Source: Octopus sinensis (taxonomy: Eukaryota). From it: a DNA stretch of 64,000 nt. This document shows positions 41,518 through 55,643 of this stretch, in pieces. The position numbers and the translations under genes were made by a program. The notes beneath the pieces are model-generated. The model saw nothing but the letters and a program-made list of their open reading frames with translations. It made no database searches and was not told the origin of the DNA. Positions within the stretch are counted from its first letter, which is position 1. Each line of letters starts with the position of its first letter. The stretch is from assembly GCF_006345805.1 (NCBI RefSeq), contig NC_043001.1, forward strand, positions 56,916,001-56,980,000, given 5' to 3'.

Positions 41518-41811
41518 CCATCTATATTTCTATGTACGTTACGAAGGGATATGTGTGTGTGTGTGTGTGTATTAACACATGCATATGTATATGTGTGTGT
41601 ATGTGTGCATCTGTGTATGATCGAGTTATCTTGAATCTAACTATGTAATGACTTCTCAACCGTATTTGACTTTAACTGACATTTATGTCAATTTGCTTCG
41701 AATACCAAATTATGAACTTACCTTTACATAAATACATACATACATACATATATACATACGTATAAATATTTATGCATGTAAGCGTGTATGTACGCAAATA
41801 TGTATGCAAGG

Positions 41812-41978
41812 CGCAGGCATGTATGTGTGGTAACAAACCTGCTTCTCAACCACAAGGTTCCGGATTAGGTTCAACTGCATAGTAACTTGGTCAAGTGTCT
41901 TCTAGTATAACCTCGGGCCGATCAACCAAACTCTTGTGAGTAGATTTGGTAGACGGAAACTGAAAGAAACTCGTTGTA
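41812..41978 (+). mobile_element. tRNA-derived SINE, 5' module, decayed
   Basis: GGCGCAGG...TGTGTGGTAA...CAAGTGTCTTCTAGTATAACCTCGGGCCG...GATTTGGTAGACGGAAACTGAAAGAAAC, homologous to 55435-55599. Confidence 0.8.
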
Positions 41979-42003
41979 CACACAACACACACATATATAT
42001 ACA

Positions 42004-43268
42004 TGAGCGGTGTTCATTAAAAGTTTCCCCTGACCCACTTCCCAAGGACACACATAAACAAAACTTGGCATAGTTATTTGTCCTTCTCTACAAAGCCACT
42101 ACCAATGGTAACAAGCCTCACCCATCATTTTATGCTGCTGTGAAGATCTCGTTTGTAAAAGTTGGTAGGTTATGTCTGGAGCTAAGACTTTACTTCGGAA
42201 ATTCTTCACCATCCGAAAAGTGCTTCTTTATGAAAAAAGAATTCATGGTCCGAAAAAGGTGGCAGTGAGATAGGGACGAGGTTGAGAGAGTAAGGGGTAT
42301 GAAGAAGGATTTCATAACCGCAGGAGTGTGCTTCCATATGGGCAACATGCGTATTGCGAGCTGGGGCGTTGTCATAGAGGAGGTGGTCTCCTTTGGTCAG
42401 CATGCCACGCCTCTCTGTCTTGATGGCGTCCCGCAATTTCTGCAGCAGAGAAGCATAATATGTCCCGTTAATTGTGGTTCCCTTTACCAGCTACTACGAG
42501 CTGGTCTCAAAAGACTGTGAGCTCACCTTGCTTGCTGAGAGTTGGACACGAGCCATCTTTGGAGTTGGTGAGTTATCATGCTTCTATTGCTTCGACTAGT
42601 CTGTAGTCTTAGAGTCATAATGATAGACTCATGTTTCATTAGTTTGCCAAAAATGCCCTTGTTTTGTTGGCACATTGTGAAAAGAGCTTGTGAGTAATTG
42701 ACTCGTTCCTGTTTCTGAAAAGATGTGAACCTGCGGAGAATCCATCGTGCAGACAGCTTCCGCATGTGCAAATGGTCGTGAGTGATTTTTTTGCACGGAC
42801 TCTACACTTATCTTCATTTCTTAGACTAGTTGCCGAATAATTATGTGGCTATCCCCCAAAATGTCGGATTCTACTTTCTGGATGGTGTCGTCATCAATGA
42901 TGGAAAGTGGATGTCCAGGACTAGGAGCAGTTTCTACCGATGTCTGACCACATTTGAACTGGCGCTGCGAGAGCTTGACTATGTCGTATGAAAGTGCATC
43001 GTCACCATAAACTTCTTTCATCTCATCGAAGGTCTCTTTTAGTGTACAACCTTTCAAGTATAAGAACCTGATCATTGATCTGCATTGAACTGCCTCCATT
43101 ATATAACACCATAGTGCACTTCAACAGCCGTAAAAAGCAAATGAATACTAGTGGAAAGCTGCAATTTACAATGAGACATGTAAAGACATGTTTAATTTTA
43201 CCTATACAAGTTCCGTTTCCTGCAATATCCGGAACTGGTCAAGGGAAATGTTTAATAAACACCCTTCG
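42004..43268 (-). mobile_element. Near full-length decayed mariner (DD34D) element
   Basis: TIRs TGAGCGGTGTTCATTAAAAGTTTCCCCTGACC and GGTCAAGGGAAATGTTTAATAAACACCCTTCG-TA. Fragments MEAVQCRSMIRFLYLKG (HTH), KLSARWILR, LLYDNAPA and HTPYSLNLVP (YSPDLAP). Confidence 0.92.
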
Positions 43269-43287
43269 TATGTGTGTGCATGTATAT

Positions 43288-43324
<37 letters not shown>

Positions 43325-43350
43325 AATATATATATATACATATAATATAT

Positions 43351-44078
<728 letters not shown>

Positions 44079-44317
44079 ATTTGTATTTAAAAAAAACACA
44101 CAAATTTCCACACGAAAGCACGTGATCTCTGCCCTTGGCATGTAGTTTCAACCGTGTTTTTTTCTGACGTGAATTTGCTACCCAGTTATCGGTTAACCAA
44201 ATTATCCATAATAAGATAATTCATTCAACTACTCAAATATATATATATATACATATATATATAACATTTTGTTCCTGATAAGAAGCAACCACTTTATTAT
44301 TGATATATATATATATA

Positions 44318-45373
44318 TCACCTTCGAAACGTAGAGTAGATGAAACCATGGCGACTGAAGAAGGGGTTTTTTCCTTGTGTTATTTGTCCTGTACTCTATT
44401 TTTTTGTTGTTTAAGAAAAATGTCCACTTCCTTGGGTTTGTGTCTATGTTTTCGTTTCTCATTCTGTTCGACGTTTTTTTGGTATCCTGTACTCATATAT
44501 GCCTGTATATATACATGTAGAGGTAGGTACGTACATATATGTATATATATATGCATATGTTTTATTTATTAATATATTATATGACGGAACGCACGCATCC
44601 CTTTCTAAGTAAGATTGTTCTTGATATTAATTTTGATGCGCACTCTTAACCTTTCTGTCCCATCCCTTTCTCAGCCTTCATTCTTTGATTTCCTTTTCTT
44701 CTACTTAACTGTCTCTCCCTCTCTCTCATTCTTCACTCTCTCTCTCATTCTTCACGGTTTCCTCACAACCATTCCCCTTTCTTCTCTCCCTTTCACTTGT
44801 TCCTCCTCCTCCCTCCCGTCGTTGACCCGCGACGAGAGCTCTGCTACTGTCTTTTCTGGCCTGACCTTCTTGAGGTGTGGATGGCAATTTTCTTTGCTCC
44901 CATCGCCGTTCACAGAAATAGCGTTCGTAATACTTTTTTTCGTTCGGCTAACAGCCCTTCTTGTCTTGTTATTTTCCTTGTCCTGTCTTTTACTGTTTAT
45001 ATTTTGTACTGTCGTTACTGTCCTGGTTTTGTTACCATTTTTACCCCTCTGCAAACAGATCTCAAATTTTATTTGATTTGCTTTTCGCAGGAAGGTTTCT
45101 TTCGAAGATACGTCTCGCCTTCACCTTCGAAACGTAGAGTAGATGAAACCATGGCGACTGAAGAAGGGTTTTTTTTTCTTGTGTTATTTGTCCTATACTC
45201 TATTTTTTGTTGTTGTTTAAGAAAAATGTCCAGTTCCTTGGGTTTGTGTCTATGTTTTCGTTTCTCATTGTGTTCGACGTTTTCTTTGTGTCCTGTACTC
45301 ATATATGCCTGTATATATACATGTAGAGGTAGGTACGTACATATATGTATATATATATGCATATGTTTTATTT
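44318..45373 (+). mobile_element. Tandem partial plus full pseudo-LTR arrangement of a Penelope-like element
   Basis: A direct repeat of about 250 bp at 44318-44567 and 45121-45373 (offset 803) encloses a pyrimidine-rich non-coding segment. This is the tandem pLTR geometry typical of PLEs. Confidence 0.7.
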
Positions 45374-46177
45374 GTTTATATATATATATCAGTGACGACC
45401 CCCACACTCAGGCTGCTCGGGCTTAGACGGAGTATATATTTTGGAGAATGAACGTGTATTTGCAAGCTGATTTAATATCTGCCAACACTGAGTTCAAGTA
45501 TGTAATTTCAGTCAATAACTCGGGTACCTTTTATTGAGCCTAGTCGCAGTTCATTTATTTTCGTTCACCGTCCGGCGGTCGTCTTTGAGCTGCTCTGTGT
45601 CAAAAAATATCGATCGTAGCCGACTTACTGTCGACTTCCATCACACACGCTTCAATCGGGCTCGGAATGTACAGCCAGTGTTGTTATCTATAATCGTAAA
45701 AATTAAAAGTAAGTCAAATCCAATGTTTTCTTGAAACAATAAATTTCTATAGAGACTGAGATTTAAATTCCAATCTATGAAATATTCCTAAAGAACGTAA
45801 AAATTATACAGCAACTCGGGCTAGTATGAAGGAACCTGGTAGGTGTAAAAGACTAACTAGCATCTCTTGTCAAGAGTATAGATGACAGTCAAATCGCTGC
45901 TGTTTGTTGTGCCCGTCGTTGTCGTTATTTGGTTGCTGTTATTCTCTGCGTCTGTGTATAAAGATCAGTTGTGATTTGCAGGGTTGCTTTATTTTTACCC
46001 TTTACTCAGAAATAAAGAAATACATATTGCTAGATATAAAAAATAAGCCATTCGGGACTAGAAATATTGCGGAAAGTAAAATACTTCGAGCAGGCATGTT
46101 TCTTTTGCGAAATCTGTGGTGAGCCCCAGTGATGCTGATGGCCTGGATTCAAGTATGAAATTTGGTCAAATATGAAA

Positions 46178-47417
46178 TTAGGTCGTCAAGTATGAAATTA
46201 GTAGAAAAGAATAGGTTTATTCATCAAAGTATGCACCCATATTGTCAATACACTTTTGTCATTTCAGCAGTAAAAGCCCGGCATACTAGAATCATTAAAA
46301 TCTTGGAAGGCCTGTTTTGCAGCATCGTCGGAATTAATTTTTTTCCTATCAAAAAGTTATCCAAGTTATGGAAGAAGTGGTAGTCAGTGTGTGTGTGTGA
46401 GGATGGGGGGCAAGATCAGGTGAGTATGGTGGATGATGGAGAACTTTCAACACCAATTCCTGAAGTTTCGCCAATGTATTTTTGCGATGTGTGGTCTGGC
46501 GTTGCCTTGCAATAAAATAGCAGTGGATCAGTTGACTAATCTAGGCAGTTTTTTTTTGTAAATTTCTGCATCATTTGGTCCAGTTGTCTGCAGTACACTT
46601 CAATCGTGATTGATGAACCAGGTTTAATGAAATCATTATGGCTCACACCTGCGCCAAACTACCAAACACACATCATCAGCTTCTTTTGATGAATTTTGCC
46701 TTTTGGACTGTGTTTTACTGGCTCGTCTTTGTCCAACCATTGTGATGAACGTTTGTGGTTGTTGTATTGGATCCATTCCTCATCACATATTACAATTCGA
46801 TTCAGAAATGATTCATTATTCTGACGAGAAAGTAGCATAAATAAGTCTTCCAAACGTTGTTGTTTCTGATTTTGATTGAGCTCATGTGGAACCCACTTAT
46901 CCAACTTTTTCCCTTTACCGATATGAAGAAGTGAGTCAATATTATTTGCTTGCTAACACGAATCAACGATAATTCACTCGGACATTGAAATGGATCTGAC
47001 TCGACGGTGGCTTTTAGTTCGTCATTATCCACCTTTTTTTCTGGTCGACCGCGTTGCTCAGTTGTGAGGTGAAAGTTACCAAAGCGAAATTTTGCAAAGC
47101 ATTTTGATACTGTCTGGTGTGTAATAACATTCGAAGGAAATACTCCAGGAATATTCCGAGCTGTCTTTGATGCTGTATTTCTAAGAAAGAACTCATATTT
47201 CAAAACTGTATGAATATCCGACTTATCCATATTCAAACAAAAATAGCAAAAAATGATTTATAAATAATTTATAAAGCTCAAAATGAGTTAGAATAAAAAA
47301 ATAGATGTATCAGCTTTCTAAAAAAACTAAAGATTCTCAAAATATAATAATGGCGCAAAATGAGCAGCTGTCAAAGTTTACCATATACCGTACAACAAAT
47401 TTCATATTTGACGAACA
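46178..47417 (-). mobile_element. Near full-length decayed mariner (Hsmar1/mellifera-like) element
   Basis: TIRs TTAGGTCGTCAAGTATGAAATT and AATTTCATATTTGACGAACA-TA. Fragments MDKSDIHTVLKYEF...RGRPEKKVDNDELKATVESDP, DKWVPHEL, FLNRIVICDEEWIQYNNHKRSSQW and KIHQKKLMMCVW. Confidence 0.93.
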
Positions 47418-48528
47418 TATATATATATATCCGTTCTTGGTAATTCAGACATATATCTTTATAAATATATTTTCTATAGTATTTCACAAGTGCAGATTCC
47501 ATGTTAGGTGAACAGAATATAAATGAGTAACAAAGATATACAGGTGTCAATTCACTACGGCCGTTTGAAGGGGCTCCTTTAATTGATTGATGAAAATCTT
47601 ACATCAATTTGAACAGTTCTCGTTAGGTGACCGCATATATTTCAAACATAAGGATATAACCATTTTTTAGATCATATTTACATCAATAATGGAAATCAAA
47701 ATATTTACATTGTTTCTCTTTTGACAATTTATAAGGTCTGTATATATAATTTACTGAAATATTTATATTAATTATGAAATATTAAACCCTGAAATATTAA
47801 TACGAACGGAATTAAACAAGTTTTTTAAAAGATAATAGAGATTTTCGGGTATACATACGCAAAACGGTGCATAATGGGAAAATATTCCGAACATAATCTT
47901 CATCATGAAAGGGAAGAAACTCTTTCTATTAGACAGTGACTTGAGAGCGAAAACCTACGATTTTTTTTTACAGTAAGTGTTTCTATTTTCGCTTTTGTGA
48001 AACATAATATTTTTATCATTTACACATATTTTTAAGTGAATGCCATTTAAAAAATGTAAGCTGTTTGTACAATAAGTATTTATATTGTAACTTTCTTTAA
48101 AAAGACAATATTTTAATGTTTTTTTAAATTATTTTCAAATGAAAACAATTACAAACACATTTTTGGCATATTTAAAAAAATAGTTTCAAGTGAAAATTAC
48201 TTTAAGAATACGTTAAATATTTCGTAAAAGAACCGTTCGTAACCTCTGTGTGAAATAGATTTTTCCATTGTTTTTTTTTTCGAGTGCATTCAATGTATCT
48301 CACCTCCAAAATTTGGCTATTACTTCTGGCACGCTCTGCTGCGATGTAACAGCTATTTGCGATAAAGGACCCGAAATACCTGTTATGCGTTAGCAGGGCG
48401 TGCAAGAAATAGCAGGCAAATCTGTCCTTTTCTGGGGAAAGGAGCCGTTTTCGCGTGATTACGATAGCACATTTGTTGAAAGCATGTGAAATAACCTGGA
48501 AAAAACTCACGAAGCAAAACTCCATTGC

Positions 48529-48576
48529 TGGGAAACTAACAGTTTCCCAGTGACCCAATGGGTTACGGTTAGTCTA

Positions 48577-48577
<1 letters not shown>
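48529..48577 (+). mobile_element. Probable Helitron 3' terminus
   Basis: Hairpins TGGGAAAC/GTTTCCCA and GTGACCCA/TGGGTTAC, then a 7-nt spacer and CTAG (48574-48577) followed by T. The 5' end was not located. Confidence 0.5.
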
Positions 48578-48645
<68 letters not shown>

Positions 48646-48939
48646 TGTACGTACGTATGTATATATGTATGTAGGTATGTATGTATGTATGTATGTAGGT
48701 ATGTATGTATGTATGTATGTATGGATGGATGGATGGATGGACGTATATATGTATGTATATCAAGGCCAGTCGAAAATTATCTGCATTTTCGTCAAAACAA
48801 TGGTCGGGAATGAATAGTTTGCAGCGTTGTGAATTTCTTTCTTGTATTACAGAGTAAGCGTGGAGAGCCCGCTGGCAGTGTGCATCCTTTCCTCACGAAA
48901 TCATTTTTCTTTTCCTTCAGTATATTATGCAGTTCAGAT

Positions 48940-49272
48940 GTATTCCTATCTATCTACTCTCCTATCTTTTCTCTTATTTTGGTTCGCAAAATAAGTCTTT
49001 TCTCGTTGCTCGAAATAAGGAGTAGAAAGACAGCCGACAACTGATGAAGGGTCGTTTTTTATGTTACTTATCTTGTTTTCCATTTGTTTCTCTCGTTCTT
49101 TGCGTACCCAACATTATTTTCGCATTTTGCGTTGTTTACATTTTGTCACGTCCTGTACCCATATATGCATACTTATATACATACATATACATGTATGTAC
49201 ATACGTGCGTGTATATGTATATTATTTATATTATTATTTGATTAAACGTTACGCATCCATTTTCAAGTAAGT
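48940..49272 (+). mobile_element. PLE-type LTR remnant related to 44318-44620
   Basis: CTCGAAATAAGGAGTAG...CTGATGAAGGG...GTCCTGTACCCATATATGC...ACGCATCCATTTTCAAGTAAG parallels the 44318 copy. Perfect hairpin CTTATTTTG/CAAAATAAG. Confidence 0.55.
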
Positions 49273-49462
49273 TTTATCTTAATATATATATCTTAATATA
49301 TATATGACCTCCATTAATTTTGCCTTTAGGTTCTTATTGCTAATAAGCCACAGTTCTTAATTTCTTGTTTACACTTTTACCGCTTTGAAAATCAGCACGT
49401 GTTTTCAACGGTTTTTCTTAAAAGACTAACTGAGGTAGCTGCGTTTCACCCTAGGCGTTAAG

Positions 49463-49518
49463 AGTCGCTGATGAGGATAACGATGGTCTACATCAAAATC
49501 CGAAATAGCGATCCGACT
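49463..49518 (+). ncRNA. Minimal type I hammerhead ribozyme with a canonical core
   Basis: P1 AGTCG/CGACT; CTGATGA 49468-49474; P2 GGAT/ATCC with inner GATG/CATC; GAAA 49502-49505; short P3; AUC cleavage after 49513. Confidence 0.78.
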
Positions 49519-49714
49519 ATGTACGCTGGGGACTTACCACCCTTTGTCAGTCATTACGTTCAGTGCTTTTATGGCATTTGAGTTGCTTTAACTCAGTCAG
49601 TACCCGCTGTCACTTTTGTGACCTCTATTAGTTTTTGCCTTTGGATTGTAATTGCTAATAAACAACCTTTTTAGTCCTTTACATATATATTTATAATCTT
49701 TTAGTTGTTTTAGT

Positions 49715-50072
49715 TAGTAGACTGCGGCCATGCTAGAGCATCACCCTGGGGATTTTTTCAGTAGAATAAATCAAACCCAGTACTTAAATGTTTTTGCTAA
49801 TCTTGTTACCTATTCTATCGCCTCCCTTTGTGCCAAACCACTAAGGTACGGGGACGCAATCGGTTGTAAAGCGATGGTGGGGGACAAACAGAGCACAAAC
49901 ACACACACACACATACGATGCTTTTCTCCCAGTTTCCGCCTTCCAAATCCACTCAAAAGAATTGGGTTCACTCGAAGCTATAGTAGAAGACGCTTGCCCA
50001 AGTTGGCACTCAGTGGAGTGAACCCGGAACCATGTGGATAGGAAGCAAGCTTCTTATCACACAGTTACGTCT
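49715..50072 (-). mobile_element. Bipartite tRNA-SINE (5' module, (TG)n, 3' module)
   Basis: The minus strand gives the head module (CTTCTACTATAGC...GGATTTGG), a short (TG)n, then GTTTGTCCCCCACCATCGCTT...GATAGAATAGGTA...CTAGCATGGCCGCAGTC, matching 59995-60172. Confidence 0.8.
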
Positions 50073-50120
50073 GCGTGTATATGTGCCTGTGTGTATACAT
50101 ATATATATATGTATATTTAT

Positions 50121-50156
<36 letters not shown>

Positions 50157-51431
50157 ACATAAAAGCAGGTTAATAGTTTGATACTCAAACCAAATAGTAA
50201 TAAGTGAACCCGAAATGTGCGCAGGGGGAAGAAACCATGACCTAGTTAGAATCAAGGTAACCTGGTCACCTGCTAAGATCCCCAAATTAAACTGAGTAAA
50301 TCTTCGAATCGTAATAAGTCATGAAGTTACAGCTATGCTGTGGCTGTGCTTCATTACCTTAACACTAAACCGTGGAGTTGCCGCTTCACGCTACAATTTC
50401 TATTAACTTCTGTTCTCTCTCACTACTTCTATAAACCTCTCTATACACCATTGGTATTCTCGAGTTATTTGCAACAGCATATCAATTGTGACTAAACTAT
50501 TATGCTCACATATCATTACGTGTCACTTCTTCCCCACTACATATCAATACTTTCTGCAATCGTTCATTTCTAGAGTCAAAATACGTACCAATATCACTAG
50601 AATTACACTGTAACGAAGCGAAATTGAACTGAATGATTAACATAGAATCTACATTGAAGTTGAAGAAAACTGACATTACAATTAATGTCGAGTAAAAACC
50701 AATATTTCTGTAAATATACACCAAGTTTTAACAAGAAAATGCTAAAAAGTTTCAAACAATTCATTACTTTCCAAGTAACGGTTAAAACATTTAACTTATT
50801 TTTTTTACGCTACATTATTTTTCTATATGCATCATTCAAATTTTAATTCTTTCCAAAAATACATTAACATTATTTACAATTCTGGCGTATCTAATAACTT
50901 GACTGGGAAACACGTTACAGCCCTGTCTTAGAAGAATTCTAATTAATACCCAGAGCAAGGACGCTATAATGAAAATAAAGCCATCAGTTTTATTATAAAC
51001 AAGTCGCAATCTTTTTTTATTTATGCAAACTACATATACGGCTAAATAGTTGTAATATATATATATACACATACATGCATATGTACGTATATATATGCAT
51101 AGACATATACTCACATGCATAAATATACACATATATGTACATATATATGTGTACATGCATATATGTGTATAACAATGTGTATATACATTAGCATATATAT
51201 ATATACATACATATACATATATATATACATATATATATACATATATATGTACATATACATATATATATGTATGTATGTATATATATATATGTATATATAT
51301 ATTTATGTATACATATGTATATGTATGTACATATACATATTTATACACATATATACATATATACACACGCCTATATTTACATAGTTATCTATATATATGT
51401 ATGTGTGTATATGTATGAATACACGTTCAAA

Positions 51432-51470
<39 letters not shown>

Positions 51471-52561
51471 ACTCTACCCTGCTGCTTCCTATATATTTGT
51501 GTCCATACAGGAATGTCAGAAATGAATATTATTATTGTTATACTTCTGACAATTCTGACATGATAATGTTTAGTTTACATTATTTGCACATTTATTTATT
51601 ATTTTACCTATCTTTTTATTTATTATATGTTTTTTCTTTATTTTTAGAATATTATTCTTTAGATTGTTTATTATTGTCGTTGTTATGGTAGATGTTCTCT
51701 GATGCTGGGTAAAAGAGTGAAGAGGAAGAAGCAGTACAATTCCCAAAAGATGTGAATGAGAGTACATTCTCTGGTGATTATAATTTGCCAAATGGGCATT
51801 ATCATATGAAGTTGAGCATGAAGACGTACATAAACCTTTTTTCCAGAAAGCAAACACATTCATGGGCTGAATCTCAAAATGAGAAATATTTTCTCGCATT
51901 GTCATCTGACCTATATTTCATCCTTGACGTTTAGGATCCCCATTTTTCTTCTCCGTCTTGCGATATCTACGTCGAAACACAGCTACGGTTGCTAGATAAT
52001 TCTGCGACTGATTCTATTCTGCCTTCAAATGTCGTTGTATATTTTTAGACCAACCCAGCCCCGCTAGCATTAAACATTAAACTGGGATGAAAGATTCAAA
52101 GACAGTAACCACGGCATTTCTTTAGACTTCTTTCATCTAGTAATATGTTACACAATGTGACCTTAATGGTGTAGGATGAGAGAAAAAGAAGAAGGGGTGC
52201 CATCTTTTGTACATCGATCAACCACCTAAGGGCCATCCAGTTGCGTAAAGACCATATGTACGCGTACGTACAGATACACACACACACACAAACACACACA
52301 TACGCCTGCACACATACACATATGCGCTCACACACATATACGCGATCGTACAACACTTACGTGCACGAAGACGCACATACGCGCGCGCACACTCACGTGT
52401 ATATTTATAAAGAGTCAATCAAAATCCATCACATCCTGATTTTCTCTATAATTTTTATTAATCGGGCTTGATTGATTAATACTTATTCTGAGCGTAGTCT
52501 CATAAATTGTGAATTATACACACATGTGCGCGCGGTTGGAAGAACACTCGAAAACATACAC

Positions 52562-52599
<38 letters not shown>

Positions 52600-52702
52600 A
52601 CATATTTTATATGTTTGTATTTGTATGAGTGTACATTGACTAATACGAATGCATGCATACACACAAATAAGCACAGCCCGTTATACATACATACACAAAC
52701 AC

Positions 52703-52804
<102 letters not shown>

Positions 52805-52854
52805 CAAAATACAAAACATTGGACAAGAACGCAAAATATCCAGGCAGTTAGGTG

Positions 52855-53120
52855 ATGCAAAAAATGGACAACAAACATCCAGACAGGCGATACAAAGAAA
52901 ACAAGGACGGGTCTTTTGGAGTTTTCTTACCTCAGTCGAGATCCAGATTATCTTTGCAATTTCGACTGGTTATACCCGAGATTGCTCCAATCTGGCCAGC
53001 CCCAAGGAAAAAATAAGCTAAGAGCACTAGATTCCTTGGAAGAAAGCAGCGAACGTATACGAAAACAAGGACGCAAAAAAGGAAGAAATGGTACACAAAT
53101 ACAAATAACAGGACATTAAC
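52855..53120 (-). mobile_element. Probable PLE-type LTR remnant
   Basis: Purine/A-rich plus strand with two AAAACAAGGACG copies, set in (TA)n. Resemblance to an Octopus PLE repeat is from memory only. Confidence 0.4.
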
Positions 53121-53209
53121 ATATAATATGCATATATATATATATATATACATATATATAGTATGCATATATATATATGTATACATATAATATGCATATA
53201 TTCTTTACT

Positions 53210-54195
53210 GTAAATATCGGTACTTCGTTGTGCCATATATTTACTTCTATGTATATTTTTCCCTCACGGGCTATTCTTTACTGGAAGGCAATACTCTAGT
53301 ATTGCATTACTAATTTATTGAAACTTCTTCACCGTTCTCATTCTGTTAGCGTTTCGGCGTTTCAGTCGAGTGTATTGGCATTAATGTGGTAACATCTGAA
53401 ATGTTGTCGTGGTATATGTTTGGCTGATATGTGTGCTGATATGTGTATATGTGTGCAGGCATATCTTCAAAAATCTGAAACCGGCTCCGGTCCCACATTA
53501 TCCTTTTCTAGGTATTTCATCTTTCAGATGTTCTCCCTGGATGCAGTTCCGGCAGCCGGGGGTGTTTGTCTCCCCTTCGTAAATGTATATAAGGACACAG
53601 GGAAAAATGTGTCAAAGCCATCAGGAGGCGTTCGATGCTTCCTAGGGCTATACAGCGGTGGTGTACCCCCTACTGTCACGTTCTGTTAGCGTCGTATTAT
53701 TACGTTCGCTATTTCCAGTAAATATCGGTACTTCGTTGTGCCATATATTTACTTCTATGTATATTTTCCCCTCACGGGCTATTCTTTACTGGAAGGCAAT
53801 ACTCTAGCATTGCATTACTAATTTATTGAAACTTCTTCACCGTTCTCGTTCTGTTAGCGTTTCGGCGTTTCAGTCGAGTGTATTGGCATTAATGTGGTAA
53901 CATCTGAAATGTTGTCGTGGTATATGTTTGGCTGATGAAGATAGATCAAGTATATGTGTGCAGGCATATCTTGAAAAATTTGAAACCGGCTCCGGTCCCA
54001 CATTATCCTTTTCTAGGTATTTCATCTTTCAGATGTTCTCCCTGGATGCAGTTCCGGCAGCCGGGGGTGTTTGCCTCCCCTTCGTAAATGTATATAATGA
54101 CACAGGGAAAAATGTGTCAAAGCCATCAGGAGGCGTTCGATGCTTCCTAGGGCTATACAGCGGTGGTGTACCCCCTACTGTCACGTTCTTGTTAG
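53210..54195. repeat. Tandem duplication of a unit of about 480 bp (offset about 508)
   Basis: GTAAATATCGGTACTTCG...CTACTGTCACGTTCT occurs at 53210-53689 and 53718-54195 with high identity. Confidence 0.95.
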
Positions 54196-54356
54196 ATTGA
54201 CAGTATACAACCATTCTATATATATATATATATATTTACATATATATAAATATGCATATTTGCATATACATTAACACATATATATATATATTTCTAAGAG
54301 TATATGTATATATGTATACATACATATATATATATACACACACACATCTACATAGG

Positions 54357-54469
<113 letters not shown>

Positions 54470-55258
54470 TGTACGTATTCGTTTGTGTGTCTGTTTGTTA
54501 GTGTCTGGATGGGTATGTTTAAGTCTAGGTGTATAAGAGGAAAGCTGTTTCAAGTTCGGTCCCTTTTATTTTCTGTAAATGTAACACTACACTGGGCAAT
54601 ATGTTTGTCATTTTCACGATAGCAGATCATAGTTTACGGTGAACTTGGCTGCTGTTTCTATCAGGTTGTGTATATTGATTATGTGGATCAAATTTTGCAG
54701 ACAAGAGTAACCCTCATTGCATGTGGTGAGGTATAAAACATTAATATTGGGTCAACTCACAAAATCACTCATGCATATAAAGGTACGCAAACGTGTATGT
54801 ATGTCTATATAGCTAAATTTTACATGCAAGCATTTACACATGCACTGACAGATATAAATAAAACACACAACAAAAAAAAATGAACCTCGTGCAGACACAT
54901 GTTCATACATAAATAGCCATTTAATTGTGTATGCCTATATATGAATAAATTATAGCGCTAACTGTATGAACTGAAATTACTGTTTAATTATTTAGAGAGA
55001 GAGAGGGAGAAACAGAGAAAGAGGGAGAGGGAAAGAGATGGAGAGATGGAGTGAAAAAGGGAGAGAAGGAAAGAAGGAATCGTTGATAGAAACAATGTGT
55101 ATTTGGTGTTCTCTAATGTTTGTGCATGTATAATGTAACTATGTCATTACACATACACTCACACTTGCGTACACACAGAAACACACACACGCACAAACAC
55201 ACGCACACTCACAAACACACACATATACCCATCCGTCCATCCATCCATCCATCCATTC

Positions 55259-55293
<35 letters not shown>

Positions 55294-55297
55294 ACAT

Positions 55298-55348
<51 letters not shown>

Positions 55349-55350
<2 letters not shown>

Positions 55351-55597
55351 GGGTGCTTCAAAACAATTCATATAATTTCGCAATCTAATTACTTGATCAA
55401 ATGACTTAAAATTTTAACAGCATATGTAGAAACAGGTGTAGGAATGGCTGTGTGGTAAGTAGCTTGCTTACCAACCACATGGTTCTGGGTTCAGTCCCAC
55501 TGCATGGAACCTTGGGCAAGTGACTTCTACTATAGCCTCGGGCCGACCAAAGCCTTGTGAGTGGATCTGTTAGACGGGAACTGAAAGAATCCGGTCG

Positions 55598-55643
<46 letters not shown>

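Noticed and set aside
44325-44365. Type II hammerhead from GAAAC...CTGAAGA order (also at 45128, 49012 and 27640 minus)
   Set aside because: The intervening roughly 20 nt cannot form stem I. The upstream candidate core at about 45085 is decayed (CGCAGGA).
51715-51830. EEEAVQFP...STFSG resembling a Helitron PIF1 helicase segment
   Set aside because: Too short, and the downstream conserved motif (LLRNL...CNGTR) is absent.
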